Origin: a candidate division WWE3 bacterium
GTDB taxonomy: Bacteria; Patescibacteriota; WWE3; UBA101185; UBA10185
DNA: 64,000 bases
Reading direction: 5' to 3'
NCBI GenBank assembly: GCA_014729135.1
Contig: WJKK01000001.1
Location: 794,919 to 858,918 of the forward strand
The notes under the pieces were generated by a model, which was not told the DNA's origin, did no database searches, and was given only the letters and a program-made list of their open reading frames with translations. How positions within the stretch are numbered: the stretch's first letter is position 1; each line of letters begins with the position of its first letter. Below are positions 37,584-47,111 of this stretch, one piece after another. Both the position numbers and the translations under genes were made by a program.

Positions 37584-37738
37584 GATGGCTCCTCCCCATC
37601 CCGGCACACGGGAGCTCCCGCGAGATTTGAAGTAAATTTCGCCGGCTCCCGTGTGCTAAACCCCCTCCCAATTAAAACCCAGCAAACACCTACACACATC
37701 CCTCCAAAAACAACCCAAAATCCGCTAAAATAAAAACC

Positions 37739-38089
37739 ATGAAAAAAACAAACCCCTCCACCAAATCCCCTAAAAAAACTAAAAACAACCACACATTCCA
37801 CAACTGGTCCGATACCGTCAGCAAAATCGTAGGCTCCCCCTATTGGTTCCTCTTCTCCTTTGCCATCATCATCGTCTGGGTACCCTCCGGATTCTTCTTT
37901 GGCTTCAACGACATCTGGCACCTGCTGATTAACACTACAACCACAATCTTAACCTTTTTAATGATGTCTCTTTTGCATGCGTCGCAGGATCAGTGGGAAA
38001 AGAAGATGGATAGGACGCAGGATCGTGAGCGTGAGGAGATGCGGGAGATTCGTAAGCACCTGGAGGAGCTTGAGAAGAGGATTAAGTAG
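37739..38089 (+). CDS. Low-affinity iron permease (Fet4-like) family membrane protein
   Basis: VGSPYWF...GFNDIWHLLINTTTTILTFLM...SQ pattern. Confidence 0.75.
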   Translation: MKKTNPSTKSPKKTKNNHTFHNWSDTVSKIVGSPYWFLFSFAIIIVWVPSGFFFGFNDIWHLLINTTTTILTFLMMSLLHASQDQWEKKMDRTQDREREEMREIRKHLEELEKRIK

Positions 38090-38191
38090 CCCACCAAAGC
38101 AGAAGGCATAACAACACAGGATAGCGTAAGTTAGCAAATTCACCCTGATAATTATGTTAAAATCCTAAGGCGTAAGCATAAGAGAGGCTGC

Positions 38192-38266
38192 GCCTGGATA
38201 GCTCAGTGGTAGAGCAATCCCCTTGTAAGGGATAGGTCGTGAGTTCAAATCTCACTCCAGGCTCCA
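38192..38266 (+). tRNA. tRNA-Thr(TGT)
   Basis: Cloverleaf GCCTGGA...TCCAGGC, anticodon arm ATCCC-CTTGTAA-GGGAT, TTCAAAT T-loop, encoded CCA. Confidence 0.95.
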
Positions 38267-38420
38267 GAGGCCCCGCTGAAAGCGGGGGCGATGGCTTAAC
38301 AAAACACGAGCTTTCCTTTTGGACAGCAATGTTCAAGCAAAGTGTTTTGTTATGCTCGAAATCCGCCGAAGGCGGATTGAGAAACTTGTGATAAATTGAA
38401 AACATAAGCACCCACCCCAA

Positions 38421-38441
38421 GCCGGGGTACCGAACTGTAAA
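38421..38441 (+). pseudogene. Duplicated 5' fragment of tRNA-Tyr with its upstream promoter
   Basis: GCCGGGGTACCGAA preceded by TTGTGATAAATTGAAAA, the same arrangement as before the intact gene at 38580. Confidence 0.55.
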
Positions 38442-38579
38442 GTTTTTGCAAAAAACTTTATCAGCTTAAGCAAACGCGTAGCGTTTGTTTATGGCTAAAA
38501 AGTAGCAAAGCTACTTTTTATAGTCTTGAGTACCTTGTCAAGGTTTGTGATAAATTGAAAATATGAATACCTACCTCTA

Positions 38580-38665
38580 GCCGGGGTACCGAAGCGGTCA
38601 AACGGAACTGTCTGTAAAACAGTCGGCATTAGCCTACATAGGTTCGAATCCTATCCCCGGCACCA
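38580..38665 (+). tRNA. tRNA-Tyr(GTA)
   Basis: GCCGGGG...CCCCGGC acceptor stem, ACTGT-CTGTAAA-ACAGT anticodon arm, long variable arm, CCA. Confidence 0.95.
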
Positions 38666-38804
38666 GCAAAAATCGCGAGTGAAGCGAGTATTTTTGCTGG
38701 CTCAAGCAAATGTGAGCGAATGCGAACATTTGTTTGTTGCCTCACAAGTTGTACTCAACTTGTGAAAGTGTGAAAGAAACGGTTTTATTAGATACAAGTT
38801 TTTA

Positions 38805-38880
38805 GCCCACTTAGCTCAGTTGGTAGAGCAACTCCATGGTAAGGAGTAGGTCGGCAGTTCAATTCTGCCAGTGGGCTCCA
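38805..38880 (+). tRNA. tRNA-Thr(GGT)
   Basis: GCCCACT...AGTGGGC acceptor stem, ACTCC-ATGGTAA-GGAGT anticodon arm, CCA. Confidence 0.93.
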
Positions 38881-38990
38881 GAAAATCCACAACCACATTC
38901 CGCAAACAACCACCCAAGAATTTGCACCAAAAACAGGTTGCTCGAGAACTCAAATGCATCTATAATGCTTACGCTAAAAAGGTTTTACAA

Positions 38991-39064
38991 GGGGACGTCG
39001 GTTAGTGGTAAACCATGGGACTCCAAATCCCAAACCGGGGGTTCGATTCCCTCCGTCCCTGCCA
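38991..39064 (+). tRNA. tRNA-Trp(CCA)
   Basis: GGGGACG...CGTCCCT acceptor stem, TGGGA-CTCCAAA-TCCCA anticodon arm, TTCGATT T-loop, CCA. Confidence 0.93.
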
Positions 39065-39074
39065 AAAATCAACT

Positions 39075-39491
39075 TCACTCCCCACGCGAAAAAACCCTCA
39101 ACAAATCCCGGTCAAAAGAAGCAACCTCCACACACCCCTCCCCCAAAGCAGAAACCACCACAAAACAGTCCTCCAAATCCAGTTTCGGCACAGAGGCATA
39201 AAGATCTAAAGCCTCCAAAAACAAGTCGCGTTGATTAAAATCTATAGTCAAAAAATCCAGAGATGACAAACCTCCCAAGGCCTTAACAATAGAATCCTTC
39301 TCAAAACCATAATAACTGCTTAACACCCAACTGACCTCAAAAAACACTATCACAGAAGTCACTAAAGCCACTTCACCGACCATGCCTTTCTTAAAAAGGG
39401 CAGAAACCTGGCGGGATTGAGCGGGAACGTCCTTAATTAGATAGCGAAGGAAATAATTGGTGTCTACAAATACTTTTTTCATATGAACCAT
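39075..39491 (-). CDS. PIN-domain (VapC-like) toxin
   Basis: VFVDTNYFLR, LEDCF and SFDRD motifs; paralogue of 4785-5204. Confidence 0.88.
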   Translation of the reverse strand: MVHMKKVFVDTNYFLRYLIKDVPAQSRQVSALFKKGMVGEVALVTSVIVFFEVSWVLSSYYGFEKDSIVKALGGLSSLDFLTIDFNQRDLFLEALDLYASVPKLDLEDCFVVVSALGEGCVEVASFDRDLLRVFSRGE

Positions 39492-39557
39492 ATAAGCTAC
39501 TCCTAAAAAGTTGTTTCAAAAGGCCGGAATTATCCGGGAACTATACCTATACACTGG

Positions 39558-39806
39558 CTATCTACGAGAAAAACGCTTCTTTTTGGCCTTTGCAATAACT
39601 TCGTCAATATCCTCCCCTTGTAAATCGGAGGGAATTTCAAACATGTCTTCCAGCTCTTCCAACAAGTGCACCTGAGATTTCAACAAATAAGCTCCATTAA
39701 CGCGCTCGAAAACAACTTTGGAGCCCTTCTCAAGACCCATTTCTTTTCTTATCTCAATGGGAACGGTGACCTGCCCTTTTGTTGTTACGGTGGATGTGTA
39801 AACCAT
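39558..39806 (-). CDS. AbrB/MazE/SpoVT-family antitoxin
   Basis: STVTTKGQVTVPIEIRKEMGL signature. Confidence 0.9.
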   Translation of the reverse strand: MVYTSTVTTKGQVTVPIEIRKEMGLEKGSKVVFERVNGAYLLKSQVHLLEELEDMFEIPSDLQGEDIDEVIAKAKKKRFSRR

Positions 39807-39913
39807 AATTACATTTTAGCGCTAGGTAAGGAAGGTGTCAAGCAGGTAAGGAATTAGCAGGGCTGACTAAGCCTCTCTAGGCTAGGCTAGGCCAAGTTAA
39901 ATCAAGTTAAGTC

Positions 39914-40056
39914 AAGTATGATACTCCATGAAAAGAGCGTTTCTCTTTGCTTTGGGAGCCAGAAACCACCACACCCTTCGGTATGATACTCCATGGAAAA
40001 GGTGCTTCTACTTGCTGTGAAAGCTTTAAAACCCTGTGGAATCGAGTATCATACTC
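39914..40056. repeat. Three 13-bp GAGTATSATACTC-type palindromes at 65-bp spacing
   Basis: Copies at 39914, 39979 and 40044; others at 20884, 20962 and 29653. Confidence 0.65.
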
Positions 40057-40308
40057 AAACTCCCCCACTCAAAACCAAAAAATGACAAAAGCACAAAAAA
40101 ATGCTACAATCCATTTCGATGTACGAAGTTACCCGGGCAAAAGCCCCTGTTACAGTTTAAGTTTAGAATCTAGTTCGAAAAGAATATCCGACAAGAATCG
40201 GTTAAAGTCAAAGGCAACGGCAACTAAAAAGCCAACGCCAAGTACTTCCCTCTTTCGCAAGAATTCCCCTTAATCAAAAGCAAAAAAGTAAAGGCGGTGA
40301 AATATTAA

Positions 40309-40554
40309 GTGAAATTATACATAGGAAATTTACCCTACTCCACAGATGATGCGGCCCTTAAGGCCTTATTTGAGCAATTCGGAACTGTTGTTTCTGCTAG
40401 CGTTATTACAGATAGAGCTACAGGACGCAGCAAAGGTTTCGGTTTTGTTGAATTTGAGAACGCTGAAGATGCTAAGAAGGCTATGGCTGAAATGAATGAG
40501 TCTGAGGTTGAAGGTAGAACAATTAAAGTGGATGAGGCTCGTCCTCGCCAGTAA
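40309..40554 (+). CDS. RRM (RNP-1) RNA-binding protein
   Basis: RNP2 KLYIGNL and RNP1 RSKGFGFVEF. Confidence 0.95.
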   Translation: MKLYIGNLPYSTDDAALKALFEQFGTVVSASVITDRATGRSKGFGFVEFENAEDAKKAMAEMNESEVEGRTIKVDEARPRQ

Positions 40555-40593
40555 TAATTAAGGATGGGTTTTTTGCCCATTTCTTTTTCAAGA

Positions 40594-40619
40594 GACCCCG
40601 TTTTTTAGCGGGGTTTTTT
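40594..40619 (+). terminator. Intrinsic terminator after the RRM gene
   Basis: GACCCCG-TTTTTTAG-CGGGGTT followed by a T run. Confidence 0.6.
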
Positions 40620-40658
40620 GTTTGTGTTTTTGTGGAGGGACTCCTTAAAGGAGGAGAA

Positions 40659-43600
40659 TCAACGGACAACAGCAGAGCCACCCATACCATTCCCGCGAAC
40701 ATCCGGTGAATGTGACTCAAAAGCCTGAGCCGGGCGCAAACGATACTCCCCCGGAACAGAAGCCTTTACCAAGTACACATATTCATAAACTCCCGCCGGT
40801 AAATAATCCAACAACAAACGCATAGAGTCCGGATACATCTCAAATCCCGAAGCATAAAAAGGAAAACCCTTGGAAGCCCCTTCCGAAACTGAATCCCTAA
40901 ACTCAGAAGGCCCAAGCCGAGACTCATTTTCTAAAGTATCATTAACCCCCTCCAAACCGGCTGGGAAATAATCCTCAACCACAACATGCCTGCGCAAATT
41001 GGGGACAGCCAAAGTTAACCGAACTGCATACGACTCCCCCACTTCAAAATTTAGGGGCGAAACCTTGTTACCCTGCAAATCAAAATATTCGCGAACAATT
41101 CCAATGCCCTCAGAATCTGCAACAATTTGATCAAAAGGCAAAATCTTATTTACAACCAAACTATAATAAGCACTTCCACCGTCAACAAGTTTAATTTGTG
41201 CACGCTTTTCACCGGCCGAAAGGTCTGACAAAGGAATCTCACCAAAAACAGAACTCCGGCCTTCCTTAAAGTTCAACGTGCCGGACAAAATTTCCGCTTC
41301 AACAGCTTCAACAGCTTCAGCAGAATCAGCAGAATCAGCGTCCTCCCCTACCACCACCCGAACATCAGAGGGTCTAAACTTAACCCCACGAGCAAGTCCA
41401 TTTTCCAACAAAGCAGCAACTCTTAAGGCATCCGAATAATTAGCAAAATAAGAGGCTTCACCCTGCAGGAGGTGATTCACCGCCAAATCCGCTACCAACG
41501 AATCGGGATCCGTCTTGTTAAACGCCCTCAAAATCACAGCAGTTGTGCTCATGTCATTTCCGTAAAACCAAACGGCCTCCGGATAATTCCAAAAGATTCT
41601 TTGAGATGCCAAGTCCGCACTTTGCAACAGGTCTGACTTCAATTGATCAACATATTTACCCCATTTACCTCCCTGCGCCTTCATAGCAAGAATCATGTAA
41701 CCCTTGGAAACATCCTTTAACGTAGAACGCCGATTGTACAAATAAGACAAGGTGCCGCTGGTATCACGCCCTACAGAGGACAAAGCAAAGGCAATCATAG
41801 CAGCCTGATCAGGTAGGAAATGCTGAACCTCAATAAGCTTAGTATTCAGGTAGTTAGCAGCCCTTTCAACCCCAACGGAATCCACGCTAAAACCGACTTC
41901 TTGAGCCCCGGATAAAGCTACAAGCACCTGCGAAGTTACATAAGTAGAACTTTCACGACTTCTTGACGTATATCCCCATCCCCCGTCCGAAAGGCGATAA
42001 TCCTCCAATGAGTAAATTGTTTTCTCAATTTTATCAGCATAAGACTGTACAACCCCCTCATCCGAACTCTCCACCTCCTTTTTATATTTATAAATGTGCA
42101 AATTAACCAACAACTCCCCCGCTAAACTCAAACTGGTTTCACAAGGATCCTCCTCCAAAAACTCGTCCGCGATGTCCTCGGCCATAGTCAAAGGCGCTCC
42201 AAAAACAGAGGCCTTCACACTTCCAAAACGGGTGTCTGCAACATCCTCAATAGTAAAAACTTCATAAGCAACATTCTTTACATTATTTGAAAACGACTCT
42301 ACGACCTCTAATCCATAAAGATACACCTCTAAAGCCTCTCCCAAGCGATCGACAAGAACATCCCCTTCGTAAACCTCAAAAGTTATATTTACCGCCTCTA
42401 AATCATTTCTAGCGGGAACTTCCACAGGAAAGGATATCTTCTGCTCAGAACCCCCTGCTACATCAACTACGGAGGAGCTGGCGCCCGAAAAAACTAAATC
42501 AGGAGCAAGTGCCTTAACAGAATATCGTCGAGAGACTTCGGTATTATTGTGAACTACCAAACCAAGGTCAAATTTATCCGTACTGCGAACAAATCTTGGT
42601 AAAGCAGATAAAGCAAAGCTGTCCAGGCTTGCCGTAAAAGTGAAGACAGCTTGACCAAATCCGTCAGAAGTACGCGCCAGTCCAAGAAGATTCCAGCGAG
42701 TAATGCTGTCAGGCAACTCAAAATCTATCACAGCTTTACCGGAGGCATCTGTTGTCACATCCACCTCCCAATGCGCTACATCCGAAAAGTTTTCACGGGT
42801 CAAATCAATATAGTCACCCCCCGCGCCACCCTTAGCTCCGGAGCCTCCCTTGGCGCCAAGCTCCGTATTAGCATTAACACGATCCCAAGAAGCCGTTAAA
42901 GTTTGTGTAGTATTAACACCCCAAAATCTCTTTGAATAAAAGTGATTAAACGCATTCCTACGCTTAACGGGACTCATCGTAAGAAGCGCATCATCCACCA
43001 GCGCCAATGTTAGATTTGCAGCAGCAACAGGATTCCCCTCTTTATCCGTTACTGTAATTGTGGCAGTACCCGAATCCCCCGGAGCATAGCCCTCCTCCCC
43101 TGGCTCTATATCGACATTCAAAAGATGATCAGTAACATCCACGTTTAAAACCTTCACACCCATTCTAAACTCCGGCGGATTGTAAACATCAGTTCCCGGT
43201 GCAACCAACAGAGCATTAACGTAGGCATTGGGAGCATAAACATCTTTAACCAAAAGCTTCATCAGATCTGCACTGGAGTCAGGACGCGCAATCTTGTAAT
43301 CTAAAACTCCTTCAGCCTCTACCGTTAGTAAAACCAAAGGCTCTTCCAAAGTAGAAGTCGTAATTATTTCGGCAGTATCTCCTATGGAATATTCTTCTTT
43401 ATCTAAAATCAACTTTACTCTGTCATGGTTTTCGCGCTTCCAATAGCCGGAATCCCGGGAAGCCACATAAAACGTGGTATCTGCAGCAGAAACATTTCCA
43501 ACGGAATCGGTGCTTACAACTTCTATAATGTGCAAGCCTCCTCCGGAGGGCATGAAAGCATAAGAAGCATCGCCCTGATCATCCGTTGTAACCCGATCCG

Positions 43601-46600
43601 AAGTAACTAAAGTATCCTCATAACTGGTTTTGTAATAGGAGCTGCCCTCGTTATCCTTAGTCTTAACCCTGAAATACTTGCGATTGTAAACGTTAACCGT
43701 AGCCGGAATACCGGCTTTATCCTCGGCAAAGACATCCACAGTCTTAATAGCAAACTCGGACTCCTCCCCCTCCACACCAACATAGGAAAGGGGCTTAACT
43801 CCGGTGTAGTGCTCAGCCATGTGGGCTACAAATTCGGTAGTTCCCGTAAAACGCTTACCACTTTCACCGGTAACATCAGCTTCAAAAGTGTAGATTTTGC
43901 TCATGCCGGAGTCCCCCGAAGTGTTAACGCCATAACTGAAAACGCCTAAGTTGTCGGTAGTTCCGGATCCCGAGGAAACTTTCTCCTCCTCAAAACCGCG
44001 CCAAACAAGGTCATCCCCAAAATAACGCTTTGAAGAATAAAACGAGTATCCGGAAAGTCCCGAAGGATTAAACACATATTTACGCTTATATAAACGGTAA
44101 TCTAAAGGACGCCCACTTAGAGGAGCACCATAAAAGTAATTAGCCTTTGCTTGCAATGAAACGTTTTGCCCATGAATAACTTCCTTGGCAGGGCCTTGTA
44201 CAGTCACCTCAAACTCGGGAACCTTATATTCCTCCACGCGAACATCTGCTGTGTATAAAACATCCTTGGAAGAGGCTACGTTTTTAGTGAACTGAAGCTT
44301 TAAGATGTAAGCACCGGGAGTTAAATCCTCGGGAAGCTGAACCGTCCCTTTAATGGAATCAGTAACATTTTCAAAAAGATGCGTGTAAATGGGGGCATCA
44401 CTGGAGTAGCGCTTTTCCAGTTGCATGTACAAGTTTAGACCGGGAGTAGCGCTTTCAGGGGTGCCGTCCTCACCGGAGTTTACTGAGGCGTCTGAATCTG
44501 CAATGTAATCAAAAGAAGTGGGAGTGTTTCGTCGAACAAAAGCATTAAAATTAAGCTCATTTCCGGGACGATACAAAGTCTTATCCGTAACAATAAACCC
44601 TTTGTAATCCAAAGCTCCATAGGAGGCAGCCGTATAACCATATTCAGCCTCATCAAACTGGTGCGGAGCTATCCCTTCATGCCAGCTACCAAGGCTCACG
44701 CCAAATTGGTCACCCTTTTCAACCAGAACAAAGCTGTAATCCCCTATTAGAGGTTCTTTTTGCCACCAAACTCCATCGGAGTTAGTTACTCCGGTTTTCA
44801 CTGGCTCTAAAAGATTCTTATCATGCGTAATTCCTAAAGAACGGCACATTTCGGGATCTTTAAACACTTTAACCGTATTGCCTTCCCTAACATCTCTGTT
44901 GTCAAGACTTGCAGCCCATACAAAAAAGCCGTCCTGATAGTCTTTCACGGTAACTGCTGTGTTTGTAACTGCAAAAACAAATCCGGTGTAATCTTTTCCG
45001 TCGTTAGCTAAAACGTCCAAATAGTAAAAACCGGGATCCAAATCCTTTTTAGCATCGCGCTCAAAACTAAACAACACATCTGTAGGAACATTAAGATTCA
45101 AGTCAAGAGGAGTGTCCCAAGAACCTTCCAAAGTGATGTTTTCTTTTTCCAGCCAGGCTCGATTTATGCTGCCCAAGGAATACTGACAGGTTGTGGCCAA
45201 ACTTTGAAACTCACTTGTTGTAAGCGAATAAAGATTGTATGTAAGCTTGTCTGCATTTGTCACACGAGTAATAACACGTGTATCTAAGTTGTCCGAAAAG
45301 TTCTTAATGCGGGAGTAGCCGGTGTTCATGGTTACAGCTATCTCATAGGGCTTGGTTGTAAATTCAAATGTGTGAGTTGCTCCAATGGCGCGGCCATAGC
45401 GATCCGGCGTGCCGGCAGGAATGGTTAAACGATACGTTGTGGAAGGTTTTAAATAACGGTTTAAAACAAAGGTCTTCCCACGAGAACGCGTGTAGCCCAA
45501 CGCCTCGACAGAACCGGGAGAGTCTCCGGTGAGGGCCGTTAGAGATAGGTGCTTTTCCAAAGTCTCACCATCCATGGGAGAATTGAAGTTTAAGTTTAAG
45601 TTGTCCTGATAACTAATTTCCTGACCGTCTTTAAACTTTCCTTGCCCTTTTGGCAGTGAGATGCTGTTAAACCCGGGAGCATCTGCCGTCTCAAAAGTGT
45701 AAGCGTATTCCGTGGGAGCAGGCGCATTTCCGCCATAACCTAAAAACCCTGAATTAACACGCGCGGAATATTCCGTTAAAGGCTTCAAGGTGCCAACCGG
45801 ATAGAAGTCGACTTTTTGCTGCCACTGCTCTTCCCAATCGTTGTAGTAGTAAGACTTGTTGTCTGCAGAGGTACGGTTAGAAAAGACAGCACGATAAGGA
45901 ACAGCCTCTTTTGTAGCCTTCTCCGTAAAAGTAAAGTTATCTAAAAGACTTTGCCGATCTATAGCCTGATTAAAATAAAAAGTAATAGGGCCTTGCGGGT
46001 TTATGTCACTAGGTTTTGAAGCACCTCCGGAGACGCCTCCTAAATCACCTTCTGCATACAAAACGGCCGGGACAAAGTTGGTGAATTCAAATGAGTAGCC
46101 CTTCTTAAGAACTCCTCCGTCTAAAGATTTCAGGTCTTGGTTTAACGAAACTGTGTATTTCATGCCCTTTTCAAGATTTTCGGGCTCTATTAGATAGGCA
46201 GCACTACCTACCCATTTTCCGGTACCTTCTATTTCGGGGGATATCGTTATGAAGGAGGCTATTTCATCGTTGTAGTAGTTTGCGGAGGTGGTGAGGTCTA
46301 TCTTGGGAGTGGCTCCGGAGGCATCAGGCCGTTGCATAGACTTTGAAAACATTAGCACAATTTTTTCTGCAGGCTCCTGTGTATTTCCGGTAGGAGATGC
46401 AAAAGCTACTTGCGGGTGAGCTATGGTTGTAAAAGCGGAGGTGTAGTCCTTTGCAAGTCCTCTTGAGTTTTTTGCACGCGCTTCTTTGGTTAGACGCACA
46501 GTTACTAAAGTGCTTCTACTTAAAGACTCGTTTGGCGTAAATGTAAGTGTAGAGGGGCTATCCCAGGAGATTGTTCCGGCAACTTCTTTAGAGTGAGTCT

Positions 46601-47111
46601 TTTGTGGGGGCATGTTTTGAGGAGAATCGGTAGGCGCAAGGTCCTTAAGATCATTAAGCGCAGCGTCTAAACCGTTTAAAGTGGGATTAGTGCTTTGAAT
46701 AGAATTTTCAACAGGAGCCGGTTGCTGAAGCACAGTTAAAGCTTGTTCAACACTTGCCTTCGCCATTTCCTCCGAGAAGGAAAGGGTTATTGAAGGTTTA
46801 AGTGAAACCTCCTCATCGCCTGCTGCTGGAGAAATTGAAACCACCTGAGGGCACTGCAAATAATTATCAAAGACGTAAATACCCGCTCTGAGAACCAAAA
46901 ATGGAAGAAGTATCAATCCAAAGATCAGACTACTTTTTTTAGGGTTTTGGCGAATGTACTTGAAAAAGGACAGTATCTTTGGAAATAGTTTCTCCGTGAG
47001 AATTAATGAAATTTGCTTCCAAAGTGAAAGTACCCTCTTGCGGATCCCATAAAAAGTGGGTTGAATCGTTTTTTGAATCTTCTTTGTAAAGCTTTCCCAG
47101 GTACTGTTCAT
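40659..47111 (-). CDS. Bacterial alpha-2-macroglobulin-family protein with N-terminal Ig-like (Big_5) domains, 2150 aa
   Basis: TDKTLYRPG, VEEYKVPEF, LALVDDALL, RENF, LPDSITRW, DGGWG and VVVEDYFPAGLE motifs; adjacent to pbpC. Confidence 0.9.
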   Translation of the reverse strand: MNSTWESFTKKIQKTIQPTFYGIRKRVLSLWKQISLILTEKLFPKILSFFKYIRQNPKKSSLIFGLILLPFLVLRAGIYVFDNYLQCPQVVSISPAAGDEEVSLKPSITLSFSEEMAKASVEQALTVLQQPAPVENSIQSTNPTLNGLDAALNDLKDLAPTDSPQNMPPQKTHSKEVAGTISWDSPSTLTFTPNESLSRSTLVTVRLTKEARAKNSRGLAKDYTSAFTTIAHPQVAFASPTGNTQEPAEKIVLMFSKSMQRPDASGATPKIDLTTSANYYNDEIASFITISPEIEGTGKWVGSAAYLIEPENLEKGMKYTVSLNQDLKSLDGGVLKKGYSFEFTNFVPAVLYAEGDLGGVSGGASKPSDINPQGPITFYFNQAIDRQSLLDNFTFTEKATKEAVPYRAVFSNRTSADNKSYYYNDWEEQWQQKVDFYPVGTLKPLTEYSARVNSGFLGYGGNAPAPTEYAYTFETADAPGFNSISLPKGQGKFKDGQEISYQDNLNLNFNSPMDGETLEKHLSLTALTGDSPGSVEALGYTRSRGKTFVLNRYLKPSTTYRLTIPAGTPDRYGRAIGATHTFEFTTKPYEIAVTMNTGYSRIKNFSDNLDTRVITRVTNADKLTYNLYSLTTSEFQSLATTCQYSLGSINRAWLEKENITLEGSWDTPLDLNLNVPTDVLFSFERDAKKDLDPGFYYLDVLANDGKDYTGFVFAVTNTAVTVKDYQDGFFVWAASLDNRDVREGNTVKVFKDPEMCRSLGITHDKNLLEPVKTGVTNSDGVWWQKEPLIGDYSFVLVEKGDQFGVSLGSWHEGIAPHQFDEAEYGYTAASYGALDYKGFIVTDKTLYRPGNELNFNAFVRRNTPTSFDYIADSDASVNSGEDGTPESATPGLNLYMQLEKRYSSDAPIYTHLFENVTDSIKGTVQLPEDLTPGAYILKLQFTKNVASSKDVLYTADVRVEEYKVPEFEVTVQGPAKEVIHGQNVSLQAKANYFYGAPLSGRPLDYRLYKRKYVFNPSGLSGYSFYSSKRYFGDDLVWRGFEEEKVSSGSGTTDNLGVFSYGVNTSGDSGMSKIYTFEADVTGESGKRFTGTTEFVAHMAEHYTGVKPLSYVGVEGEESEFAIKTVDVFAEDKAGIPATVNVYNRKYFRVKTKDNEGSSYYKTSYEDTLVTSDRVTTDDQGDASYAFMPSGGGLHIIEVVSTDSVGNVSAADTTFYVASRDSGYWKRENHDRVKLILDKEEYSIGDTAEIITTSTLEEPLVLLTVEAEGVLDYKIARPDSSADLMKLLVKDVYAPNAYVNALLVAPGTDVYNPPEFRMGVKVLNVDVTDHLLNVDIEPGEEGYAPGDSGTATITVTDKEGNPVAAANLTLALVDDALLTMSPVKRRNAFNHFYSKRFWGVNTTQTLTASWDRVNANTELGAKGGSGAKGGAGGDYIDLTRENFSDVAHWEVDVTTDASGKAVIDFELPDSITRWNLLGLARTSDGFGQAVFTFTASLDSFALSALPRFVRSTDKFDLGLVVHNNTEVSRRYSVKALAPDLVFSGASSSVVDVAGGSEQKISFPVEVPARNDLEAVNITFEVYEGDVLVDRLGEALEVYLYGLEVVESFSNNVKNVAYEVFTIEDVADTRFGSVKASVFGAPLTMAEDIADEFLEEDPCETSLSLAGELLVNLHIYKYKKEVESSDEGVVQSYADKIEKTIYSLEDYRLSDGGWGYTSRSRESSTYVTSQVLVALSGAQEVGFSVDSVGVERAANYLNTKLIEVQHFLPDQAAMIAFALSSVGRDTSGTLSYLYNRRSTLKDVSKGYMILAMKAQGGKWGKYVDQLKSDLLQSADLASQRIFWNYPEAVWFYGNDMSTTAVILRAFNKTDPDSLVADLAVNHLLQGEASYFANYSDALRVAALLENGLARGVKFRPSDVRVVVGEDADSADSAEAVEAVEAEILSGTLNFKEGRSSVFGEIPLSDLSAGEKRAQIKLVDGGSAYYSLVVNKILPFDQIVADSEGIGIVREYFDLQGNKVSPLNFEVGESYAVRLTLAVPNLRRHVVVEDYFPAGLEGVNDTLENESRLGPSEFRDSVSEGASKGFPFYASGFEMYPDSMRLLLDYLPAGVYEYVYLVKASVPGEYRLRPAQAFESHSPDVRGNGMGGSAVVR

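Noticed and set aside
38192-39064. Prophage or integrative element at the tRNAs
   Set aside because: No integrase, phage structural genes or duplicated tRNA 3' end in the window.
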